IMG/VR virus record: IMGVR_UViG_3300044970_000999
Span: 1 to 63,492 of that record
Direction: 5' to 3' (one strand)
Source of the DNA: a virus
Taxonomy: Duplodnaviria > Caudoviricetes
Length of the DNA stretch: 63,492 bases
Shown here: positions 9,001 through 17,200 of the stretch, one piece after another
Numbering within the stretch: the first letter of the stretch is position 1
Layout of the letters: every line of letters begins with the position of its first letter
Notes under the pieces: model-generated
The model's database searches: none
What the model was told of the DNA's origin: nothing
Seen by the model: only the letters and a program-made list of their open reading frames with translations
Made by a program: the position numbers and the translations under genes

Positions 9001-11258
9001 GGAGAATTATTTTTAGAAGCAATACCCTCACTTATCTGTTCTTCTATAGGAGGATTAGTTTTTTCAGAAGCTGTTTTTTGAGAAAATTTAGTTTTATTAA
9101 TTTCTTTTAAAATTAAATCTTTTTGATTTTGATTTAAAACTGAATTATATCCCTCTGAAAGTAATTTAAATATATCTTCAGCAAATTCCCTAGTTTGATT
9201 TTTACTATAGTTATTTGTTATCTCTTCAATAAAATATTTAGTAATTAAAAAACTATCGTAAGGATTTGCTTGGTCAATAGTAGATTTGTATGCATCTGAT
9301 GTTGCAGTATTTACTATTCTATATGCTTCCTCTTCATATACTGTTGGTTTTGGTGGAGCAAAGTCTTCATCAAAAGGATCTTGCTCTTTTAAAATCTCTT
9401 TACCAAATGAGCTATTATCTGTAGTAAAATTGACTACATAATTATAAAATCCTGGATCTGCATTTGTAAGCTCTATATCTGACTTTAGACCTTTTATAAA
9501 ATCAAAATAATCTGCATTTCTATTAAAGCCTGTACGTTCTGTGTTTAATCTCATATAAACACCACTTGCTAAAGCTGTATTTTTAAAAATAATTTGTGTT
9601 CTATTAGAATTTTTCTTTAATCCTTTTTGTGTAAGATATTCTACTATATACTCTTTGTATTTATTTATTACTTCATCTCCAGCTTTTTTAAGAGCCTCTT
9701 GATCTAATTTTATTTTTACATCAAGTTTCTTTGCATCTTTTCCAAAACCATCATATAAGTTAAAGTAAATTGATTTACCATCTTTACTATAAAATAAATC
9801 ATACTGTTTACTAGTTCTTCCTAAATCAAATCCTTCAAAAAACTGATTGGTATATTCTTTTTTATCCTCATTCTTGATATTTTTATTAGTCAATACCTCT
9901 GCAATTTCTAATGCTAAGTCATCAGTGATAAGTGGTCTATTTATAAAAAAGTCATTACCATTAATTTTTATAAATGCTGATCCACTTTTAAAGTTTTTTT
10001 GATCAAATGGAATTGTATAAATACTCTTTAAAATTTCAGATACTTTATCTTTAAAAGATGGAAGATTTATTAAATCATTTAAATATATTTTTGTAGCTGA
10101 TAAATTAGTGGGAACACCATTTGTAACATTTGTTATTGGTAAAATTTTGGTTTCTCCATTTAATATTTCATTTTGAATTGTATACAGTTCTTCAAGATCC
10201 TTATTTCTTTGTTCTCTTACAAGTTTTGTATATTCTTCTTTTGTTCCATCTATTTCTGGATTGTAGGTATTCTCAACAAAAGCTTCAACAGATATTAATA
10301 AGTCTTCAGTATTGTACATATTGGTAGCAGAATATTCACCATTTTTTTCTCTTATGGTTCTCATAAACTGATACACTGGTTTACCAAGTTCTGCTGTTGT
10401 TATATTACCCTCTTCATCAAAGTAAAGAGTATTTCCTTTATCATCACTAATTAATAATATTACTCTTTGATTAGCTTGTTTAATGTCTTCAGAAACTTTT
10501 AAATTTCTATCAACTATAGCATTAGACTTATCTATTTCACTTTGTGTAGATTTATCAAGATATTTTAAATTCTGAGGTGTTGCATACGCACTTAATGTGA
10601 TAGCTTTAAACACTAATCTTTTTCCTTGATATACTATTCCATTTAATGGATTTGTAGTATTCTGTATTTCTTTTATTCTATCAAAAGTCTTAACCATATA
10701 TGTAAGTTCTTGGTTAAGATCTTCAATTGATAAAAAAGGATTCTTTTCTTTCTTATTTGGATCTAATTTTACATATGCTTGAGAAGTACCACCATAGGCA
10801 CTTAGTGTACTAAACCTTTCTGGTAGTCTTACAACTGGCGGTTCAATTGAAGGATTTTGATCTAAACTTATTTCATTTTTTTGTTCATTTTCTATTATAT
10901 CTTTTTTTTCTTGTAACTCTGAAATATCACTTAAGGTATTAATGATTGATGCAACACCAGTATCTGGATTTTTAAATTCTGTATTTAAATCATCTAGTGC
11001 ATCTAATCTTAATCCTTCTTTTAATTTTAATTGTTCAAAAAAATTATTTTTAACATCAATAATTATTCTTGGTATAGACTGTAGAAATTTTGCTGCAACT
11101 TCTGGTGAACTTTGCTCAGAAAAATCTTTGAAAAGATTTTTCATATAATCCATAGCATCAAATGTGCTATTTGATTTTAGAGCTTGGTTCATTGAACCAC
11201 TTACATCAGAATATAGTTCAGCTATAATAGCGTCATCATTAATGCTACAAGTTATCAT
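1..11258 (-). CDS. Giant virion RNA polymerase polyprotein (crAss-like vRNAP, phi14:2 gp66-like) with zincin and AlkB-like domains; 3'-truncated by window edge, >=3752 codons; missing from ORF track
   Basis: ATG at 11258 overlaps the upstream TAA (TAATG) and begins MITCSINDDAIIAELYSDV. Hand translation in the same frame gives IYHEAWHVFSQ (HEAWH 8667-8681), SDGMAYVTLDAYR (~5070-5105), GPRIPNDAH (~3880-3905), AKAGSDFDGDKLF (DFDGD 3768-3782) and an AlkB-like domain at the left end. Six antisense shadow ORFs keep a constant register with this frame. I did not translate every codon. Confidence 0.93.
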   Translation of the reverse strand, partial: MITCSINDDAIIAELYSDVSGSMNQALKSNSTFDAMDYMKNLFKDFSEQSSPEVAAKFLQSIPRIIIDVKNNFFEQLKLKEGLRLDALDDLNTEFKNPDTGVASIINTLSDISELQEKKDIIENEQKNEISLDQNPSIEPPVVRLPERFSTLSAYGGTSQAYVKLDPNKKEKNPFLSIEDLNQELTYMVKTFDRIKEIQNTTNPLNGIVYQGKRLVFKAITLSAYATPQNLKYLDKSTQSEIDKSNAIVDRNLKVSEDIKQANQRVILLISDDKGNTLYFDEEGNITTAELGKPVYQFMRTIREKNGEYSATNMYNTEDLLISVEAFVENTYNPEIDGTKEEYTKLVREQRNKDLEELYTIQNEILNGETKILPITNVTNGVPTNLSATKIYLNDLINLPSFKDKVSEILKSIYTIPFDQKNFKSGSAFIKINGNDFFINRPLITDDLALEIAEVLTNKNIKNEDKKEYTNQFFEGFDLGRTSKQYDLFYSKDGKSIYFNLYDGFGKDAKKLDVKIKLDQEALKKAGDEVINKYKEYIVEYLTQKGLKKNSNRTQIIFKNTALASGVYMRLNTERTGFNRNADYFDFIKGLKSDIELTNADPGFYNYVVNFTTDNSSFGKEILKEQDPFDEDFAPPKPTVYEEEAYRIVNTATSDAYKSTIDQANPYDSFLITKYFIEEITNNYSKNQTREFAEDIFKLLSEGYNSVLNQNQKDLILKEINKTKFSQKTASEKTNPPIEEQISEGIASKNNSPENNTPVNDIFKEEKISEKNKKYFERSGIKPEFISPLKVRQAKSWWNSKEMEPMRKLIEFGHMANIVNSDVYARFIVAGATLADTSIMGRLEVNKKMGSIYQNLTIYHEAWHVFSQLFLTKQQKLDLYNELKNYKDAKGNTPYSKMSFRELEEMLAEDFRNYVKTGKAKQAAPKRNTLFRKIVEFLKQLFGKVLKKFKKQDTVINSLNSPMAQRLFNELYIGDFNKYSPSIDNQMFTQLDRGPRQVEYPSQDALSPGDGLLISNSIDNFFAEKINELQEESKSVGVSLSALMNPKYKSYLYNDAREKFEEILRQEEAKLKTLEGVKDFNELKTLEEIESNAIAVMKASDGKNKYFFLTSQVRDFNNLLPSTKRGERVRGEDYKDSVRIVGDFYKHGTIKKNGRNIDIVLVTRSQDAQTQFDNYKKAKAKVFTELIKQPVLDKVEIDQDQETIRDNVRILQTTLKNWGDEKSGIIKYHMENTAYEVSRKKYAVEDDSVIQNKDQELDENGELVDEEENKGGLEQNNEKTGKQSLQQTMSKQTIFVLKTLLKVDSEGNFVKDRFGIIERAEFSKTFAIVAKTIGGIRDRNEAYTRLKEESEKFPELKQLFKYKFPDPNKSGAEVNTFEFDLARGFFQDFAKPQIDYQQLYAYYREDDKELDFIVKKSDLAVDNVVTKWINTFETLKKSKYVNVSRDNIRSLNLSEVVKDFKDSKSDTLNLNKQIQFAKILGIELQDNDNIKKELDKPTSVSYYGLAYIYDILKKVNQLDILESNGETITEEQKLLLNNFKKNPLKVLSVGFSESVLDKSKKGKVSELTQLKRLAELQIMYGYDSSSTAIIRSNQTVGYKEVNWSSLHAAAYALNQVQYMHQLWTDPRYNSMSHLNPEINTHVRHLKIMSTLFNFENKGEKKKNKSLEVFAQDGFAFTDYFGNNSGNVTTDLDPLSKFIFEFHSFSLAGVAELPRTSDKKFSYGVKINGGIDQARLGFDASESDKNLYINTNKFLTEEGEQIARVGYLYGYIQGEYDRIKKFRGPDKDKYLRIKGYNNRVIENGKELYSGETFVAFKGMLSQNTKNKLYELADQQSDIDILSYVKEVDKELGTMIKNDIKKYFDEILSDIKSLYFNNIPYISKSLFEKVGIKREDLSGDALEQFQKDNKLVNALLKSYMFNDFIHKYETSIILFGDHAQWDHGKQDWSKRIPGLTSDGIGFMFDEQTQSFINDVFNKETYASKLTEKEGINYDNFVFSEKLNSAVIEDPVRESIYIKEYQKLWEKDYLKRFSPEVAKEKAAADAELYKKMKESDGMAYVTLDAYRTLKKTGRGWSLAEEALYQKIINNETITSKDIDQFYSIYKLHYFGTIENDVLPVRGMYKFSVIPLIPGVNAVAGSELEKLHKLMLKQNIQLVTFGSGSKGAYLTSDGKTDNVFSDKEMKFVNTEVNDEGENIFKFTNNPIYLANLKEVTVMNDSYKGELQIATQTRAIIIDNLFEDGELKNSNNKAVVDEYSNTIKEYSKLLKEDLLNGLGIELIDGRVIGDFTKFVEIIRSELTERDTPQHLIKLINTDNDGKLAMDLSLHPESDSIEKLLVSLIQRGVVKQKTKGEPLVQSPATFTNGIWDSPYIGLTELKEIQKLLGTNTLPFYLINGETRSEEMKVAIALQGDFRNLLNAKDLDGNKIETIERLNQLIKNPEWFAKNKKSLTLFGPRIPNDAHNTIEAATVWHFLPESFGNTIITPTEIVAKAGSDFDGDKLFMSMPNIDSEGNYIDKGVENFYKVLEETKELEKKNKLPEGRLTSRQLINLQKKYLQNKYLQASVEILMLPENAVTLIKPNGTYLMDRYEENVTANRTGYDKFKNVDNRPSDVNTKGEKIPSPTSHFTIGYNLYVHEANLSLEPSLGILAKLTKSIPLYKAAGAKMPARYRISDTLKVPLKVRFDVNTTVNSNNEEVVSVGAENNVAGENISDTTSHSLQGVLDRAKATFPFELKLVPEAMTVYGYLTRAGMDQEDIVYLLNQPLVAKYLNMQKMNNSSINNALFGSKKDFEIKNEIILDVLNSQLNEDQIKKLIADVSNDKLSATLKSLPEDLKITVTIGKNIENTTVKDLRNSLNTKKINPNLISGIRSADEESTKIYNRILGANWLSHKENLYFLIEKLAKVNLTNKDKITKSDLYSVLNIQDASSSKALLIFLHYLELENQYSRMSDFEQAFSPDTSKLTTVQEAKDRKNVLKTFEKDEEIDQDFVKYMTKQSVISSLMFDDLTIDLVTPLFEIKLNEKITSFLKRGIDNTRAEIILKYGRGADGRANFTRAFGNNLINYIYQNYQTNFYDESGKLSNLPQSTDKKTIEINNDINTPVLVQEDKIIVNTRLIEFDYATKNYLENRNPETSYEGRGYDTFKLGQDPFISLRSFYRYNIERAILESKNSIDTLSNDDYFISLVAKNDGNAENAYKQYISERALLNSYNPMYIMGKTKYSYRDNILELLNSLENYPALFEKFTILSQISPQRNRDGYKIIRLNNRNDIKGALAQEYFNQIRQLGDYSIQKLDNPKNDPLIASKDKRISDLFNVFSLMMYYQHGIGKTTTGFVKGLDSTQYKSLMQDITPAFMSNYIETNEKFDNLYVSDLVLATIFNKTLEASNFNIFASPRNIYYNSDMEQIATQVDIELQKAGEEEFDINEGKQSIPEEFKRGDRLILDEDVKLYNSVLIKNNGVKPKRWTTPNTKFSEFYNGRQQGMPNSTAWLLNDNNLYDMVEIGADSDMAGTVYYENVDLETGYQMFKEGEGPTQPSVRKTNKPKGKEVKEGIYVNQGALTKEEQLELFNYLKPFLEEQAAKTLKAANASKMIGLGLRWDYKNNNVGRQAVEIPDVINPGNKTKYGYYNESINGQPLGEITPRFRELMQKATGVDMTNYDGAIINLYEKDTFISSHNDVDESRSAIKYPVIGINLGGKGNFSIERLGPENAMLDLQAGTGYIFGVDGINRDVWHRTFPTPQDSFLPELTTKIDGKTY
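3..630 (-). other. AlkB-like 2OG-Fe(II) dioxygenase domain inside the vRNAP polyprotein (C-terminal part beyond window)
   Basis: Translation: GIYVNQGALTKEEQLELF...YGYYNESINGQPLGEITPRFRELMQKATGVDMTNYDGAIINLYEKDTFISSHNDVDESRSAIKYPVIGINLGGKGNFSI...LDLQAGTGYIFGVDGINRDVWHRT. HxD lies at 240-248 and the distal His at 72-74. It is collinear with E. coli AlkB motifs as I recall them (DACLINRY, SLHQDKDE, PIVSVSLG, HGDVVVWGG, YHG). Confidence 0.88.
8520..8700 (-). other. Zincin metallopeptidase motif within the vRNAP polyprotein
   Basis: HEAWH (HExxH) followed downstream by ELEEMLAEDFRNY, a candidate third-ligand helix. Zincin domains are known in crAss-like RNAP-associated proteins. Confidence 0.8.
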
Positions 11259-14200
11259 TATAAACAGTTTTTTGTTTTATTCAATAAATTTTTTCTATTT
11301 TCTTCAGGAGTATTTTTAATACCCTTTTCATAAGCTTTAGTTTTGCTATCTTGATTTTGTAAGAAATTATTTACAGTAACTTGACTTTCGTTAAGTATTT
11401 CTTTTTCTGTATCTGTTACTTCAACAGTAGGTGGAGTAATATTACCTGAGTCCATTTCTATTTTAGTTATATAGTTATCTGCAAAAGTATCAATTTTAAC
11501 TGTTATTGCCTTACCTCTTGGAGGAGATAATACATAAGAATCTTTAGTTTTTTCTTTGACTTTATATGGTGTATTATTATTTTTCTTTCTTGAATATACT
11601 ATATCACCAACATTAATATCTGTATCAAATTCATCTATAAATTCTTCAACAATTTCTGATTCTTGTACTTGCTCAACTATATCTATAGGCATTTCATATG
11701 TATCTATTAATGCCTCTTTAAACTGTTCAATGTCTAATATTTCCTTTAAGATTTTAGTTTTTCTAACATCACTAGTAAATTCTTTATTATATTCTGAATT
11801 TAAGTTATTTAATTTTATATTTAATAAATCAATAGCTTGTTTAGTTCTTCCTGTTTTAGAAATTTTTTCAGCATCCTCAAATAATTGTACTAATGAAACA
11901 TCATTAGAATTTATTTTAGTTGCTTTCATTAAATCAAATATATTTTTTTGATACTCACGAAAATCTTTAGATTTTTCAACACTTGATGTTTTTAAATATT
12001 GAATTCTTTTTACACCCTCATGAATTAATTCTGATGCTTCAGCCATTGACAAATATTTTATATCAGCATCTGATATATCTGTATCTGTTAAGAGACCAGA
12101 TTCTTTCATAGTTTCAATAGCAACAATTTGATTATCTGTTGGACTTCTATCTACTGCATTTTTATAAAAACTATTATGTTGATCAAAATAATATTTAAAA
12201 TTTGAATCAGATTCAAGTTGTTCTTTTATAAAATCACTTTGTTCATTAAATATTGATTTATCTACATTATCAAATGAAACATTAGACTTAATTTTTCTTA
12301 ACTTATCTGATTGTTCTTTTAAGTTCTTTTCGGAAGAATTTAAATTCTTTTTGTATTTGTCTATTACTGATTTAATTTTTTCTTTGCTAGTATACTGTTT
12401 TAAGTTTTTATTTTTAGATTCATATTGCTCAATAATATCTTTTGGAATAGATATATTTTGTTTTACTGCATTACCAATTAAAACTTTTATAATTGCTAGA
12501 TTTTTAACATTTATGTCACTTAACTCATCAGTTATTTCAGATAGTCTTTCTCTAATATTGTTAATTCTATTTGCTATTGCTCTTTTACCACCAGGTTCAA
12601 GTTCACCTAATTTTTTGGGGAAGAGTTTATCCATCTCTTCTTGAACTGACTCTCTATATAATGGAACTAAGAAATCAAACTTATATTTATTACCAGTTAT
12701 AGTAAATTGTTTTTCATTAAATGGTTTTTTGGTTTTTGGATCTATTTTTTTGTTTATTACAATTTTTCCATCTTCATCTACTTTATACTCTAATTCATTA
12801 AAGAACTGACCAGACAAAGGTTTACCAGCTTCAATTACTTGATTAGTTTTTTTGTTAGACTCTCTTTGGATAGGAAGCATTGCTATTCCAGCAACTTTTC
12901 TATCTATCATTTTTTCTAACATTGTAGCATATGCAGCAGTTTGAAGTGTATACTCATTTCTCTTAGTAAACTTTTTATTAGTTGTGCTTAAATTATTAAA
13001 GTTTAAAAATTTATTAGTTTCTCCAGACTTAATATCTACTACATAAATACCATCTTTATCTACTAAAATAAGGTCAATTTCACCAGCTATTCTATCTTTC
13101 TTACCATCTTGATGAACTATATCTGAATCATATACAATAAGGTCTCTACCTACTATGTATAATTCCCCAGAGTCCACTCTTTTTTTAATGGTATCTAAAT
13201 ACTCTATTAAACTATCATATGCTTCTCTTGTAATTATTTCTTCATTAAACTCTGGTTTTTTACCAGACTCCAGATAGTCTTTAGCTAAGTCAAAGAAATT
13301 ACCAGCAATTCTACTATCTTCATATGTATTTTCTGCAAAAAATGTATCTATTATATTCTTAGTAGTATTCTTCTTAGTAGCTGTATCAAAATTATCTTTA
13401 GTAGTTGGTTGAGCTGTACCTTCTAAAGCAGCTAGTTCTGCATCATAGTTAACAAGAATATTTCCTTTAGAGTCCGTAGTAACAGTATAATCTTTACTTA
13501 AAGTTTTATATATATTAGGTACCATTACACCTTTTCTCATTTCTGAAAAAGAGTATAAACCTTTTACGCCAGAAGGTAAATTTTCTAATATATACTTATA
13601 TGAATTAGTAGCTATTTTTTTATTTTGATATTCCTTTTTAGTACTTACTTCATAAACGTTAATATATTTTTTACCATCTATGTCTATTATATTTCCTTGA
13701 AACTTGAATATCGGAACATTTGAGAAAGTACTTTTTTTATCATATACTTTTAATGTATACTCATCATTTTCAAGAGTAACTTCTGTTGTATAATCATTTT
13801 TATTAAAAAATGAAGATATTTCTTGTCTTCTTTTTTCTATATCAGCTTTAGCATCTGTAGAAACAGGAGCTGTATAAGCACCATCAATTTTATTTTGAAT
13901 TTCTTCAGCCTGATCAAATAAAGCTTGTTGTTTAGCAAGATTCTTTTCTTTATTTGCTTTTGTTAAAATTTCATTCTTTTGCCCTTCTAATTCAATTTGC
14001 TCAGCTGTCATATTAGGCAGAGCATTAAGTTCTTGTTGAAGTTTGTTAAAGAATATATCATTAGTTCCAGGGAGAGCTGCTTCACCAGTATCTGGAAGAG
14101 AACGTAATCTATCTACAAACTCTTTTATAGATGCAGGATTTAATCCTTTTTTAGCTATTGTTTGTTTAAAAATAGTATCTACTTGTTCTTGACCTTGATA

Positions 14201-17200
14201 TTCATATGTTTCATCAATAACATCTTGTATAGCTTGTGTTGTTCTTCTATGAAACTTACCGTTTATTCTATATGCCTTTTGACCCTTTTTTAACCCTGTT
14301 ACTTCATCATCTTCAGTAAGTTCTACTCCTTTTTCTACTTTACTTTGAGCTTTAAATATCTTTTGTATACTCCTTACAGCAGATTTAATTTCTTCTGGAA
14401 AATTAGCAAACTGTCTAGCACTAATAATATTATTTAAATTTTTTAAATTTAAACTTAATTCTTTATTTTTTTCTTCGTACTTTTTAATTTGTTCTTTTTC
14501 AGTTTCAGGATCTAAAAAATTTATTTCTTCATTATTTGAAGTAATTTGATTATTAACATCATCTCTATATGCAATTAGTTGCTCTAATGTTTTTGTATTA
14601 GTATTTACTTCTACCCCTCTAATATTCATGATAGTTTCTTGCTTAGAAAGCACAGGTCTATTTGCATTATTATACTCATCAAAGTATTTTTTGTTCTCTG
14701 GTCTAGAGTACCATTCTTCAAATGTTTTATTATTTAAATCTTCATCTTCTAATAGAGCATTTTTTTCAGAAGGACTAAGTTTATTAACATATTCTTTTTG
14801 ATAATTATTATACAGTTCTTCTTTAAATTCAGAAAGATCTGGAGTATCTAAATTAGACTCTGGAGTAACATCTTCATATGGAATCTCTAATTCCATATTT
14901 TCTTTTGAAGCTACATATGCTTCCTTAACTTCCTCTATTTTATCATTATAAAAGTTAGTAATTTTTTCAATCTCTACTGGATCTGATACTTTATCTATAG
15001 TATAGATTCTTGCAGAAGAATATCTTTGTGTTGTATCTTCACTATCTAAAATATCTCCTTCTTCATTTTTTAATCTGAGTTGTCCAACTTTGTCTTTATA
15101 TACAGTTACGGTTTCTAATTCAGAAGTAATAGAATCATCTATTTGCTCAGTATATTCAGTTTCTGACAAAGTTTTTAAAGGAAGACCAGCTGCATCAACT
15201 TCACTGATGTTATAAGTTGCTGTACCATCAGGATATAATTCTACTCTAGCTTTATAGTTTTTATTTCCAATTTTTATTGTTCTTGTGCTTGTATTAGATG
15301 CTGCAGGCATAGTTCCAGTTTCTCCTGTAACTCCTTCTTCTTGTGCAGCTTTTATTTCTTCATCACCAATGAATTTTCTTCCACGTTTTGTATTACCATT
15401 TTCATCTTCTAAAATTTCAGTAAGTGTAGAAATAGCTTCTCTAAATTCACCATATTGTGGAATAACACCATTTATTTCTAATTTTTTTTCTATTTCATCT
15501 CTATCATTAGTGGAGCCTTTTTCTTGATAAACTTTTAGTTCAGCATACTGATCATTTTGAATTTCTTGTGATAAAGATTTTAATGATATTTTTCCCTCTA
15601 AATTGTTTATTTGTGTCTCTACATCTTCTTTAGGAAGTGCATCAATTTTTTCTTGTTTTTCTTTCTCTAATGCATTTATTTGTTGCTGATATGCTTCATC
15701 AATTATTTCTGATTTATTTGGATTTAAATCTTCTTTTAACTCTTCATACTTTTTAAAATAATCCTGATATATTTGAGAATATTCTTTTGAGCCAATAGGA
15801 TATATTTTTTTATTTATATCATCATATATTTCAGTTGGAGGTACTCCATCTGCAAAATAATTTAACATGTCTTCAGTACTTATGAATAAACCTTTATTTG
15901 CAAGAGCATTTAATAAAGCATTAGCTCTAATATTATCCATTTCTTCACGGATAATTTTTTCATAGTACTCAATTTTTTTAGCAGTAACTTTTTTAAGCCA
16001 ATCATTATTTCTCCTTACAGCTTCTAAGAAAGCCATTGGATCATTTAAAACATCAACATATTTTGAAATTTTTGTTTTTTCTATATCTAAGTCATAGTAG
16101 TCTTTCATCAACTCCCATGTTTCATCTATATCTTCATTAAAAATTTCTTGACCATTTTGTTTTGCGTGTGTTTTTAAATAATTAGTGTATGAGTTTCTTA
16201 AATTTTTTAGTAACTCATCTCTTTTTTGTGTATCATTAACAGCACCAAATTCATCCTCCATGTACTTTAATACTTGCTCATCGGTGTATTCAGTTCCTGT
16301 TTCTGCTTTTAGTTTTTCTTTAATTAAACCAACATATTCTTCTCTTCTTTGGAAGATGTCTAATGCTCTATATTGTTCAGCATAATCTTTTGTTAGATTA
16401 ATTTGCTCTTGAAGCATTTGTATCTTAGCTGGATTTTTTGTAGTTTCTTTTTCTAAAGCAAGTTCTTTTTCTAAGAGATTAATTTCTTCTAGCATATCTC
16501 CGGTTGGAACACCTACTCCATCAATAGCTTCTTTAGTTTCATTAAAAGGTCTTATAGGGTTAAACAATAAATTTCTTTTTCTATTGCTTATATTTTTTAG
16601 TTTTTTATTGTTATTATACTTTTTATTTATTTCCGATCTTCTATATAATATGTCATCATAAGTTTCATTAAAGAAAACTATGTTTCTATTAACTGTTTCC
16701 CATGCATGATATAATATTAATTTATCTTGGTATTCCGGGTCATCTTCCTTAAGATCACTTACATTAATTGGATTAGGATTTTTTCTTTCTACTCTTTCGT
16801 ATAGATTTTTAATTTTATTTAATCTTTCAATGGAAGAATCTACCCTTGCTCTATATTTATTAACTTGATCTTTTTCTATACCAACAGCTTCAGCAAATTC
16901 ATCATCTGTTAAATTGTGTAAGTCTTTTAATTTTTCAGAAAAAATACCAAATGTACCTGTTCTTTTTAATAATTGAACTTGTGATATATATGCTTCTGTT
17001 TCAGCATCTAATGCTTCTTTTTTAGTTCCTTTTTGTTTAGTAGCTGCTACTTTTTCTTGAACACCTAAATTTTGAGTATAACCATTTAAAAAAGTTTCTA
17101 AATTAGTATTATTAAGTTCATTAACTAAATTTTGAGCAACAGTAGTTTGTGCTTCTTTCCATCTTGTATACTCTTCTTTATTAAACATTCTATTATAAGT

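Noticed and set aside
2104-11148. Short plus-strand ORFs in the first 11 kb
   Set aside because: They are antisense shadows (L/S/F/I-rich) of the giant minus-strand vRNAP gene, mostly in one fixed register.
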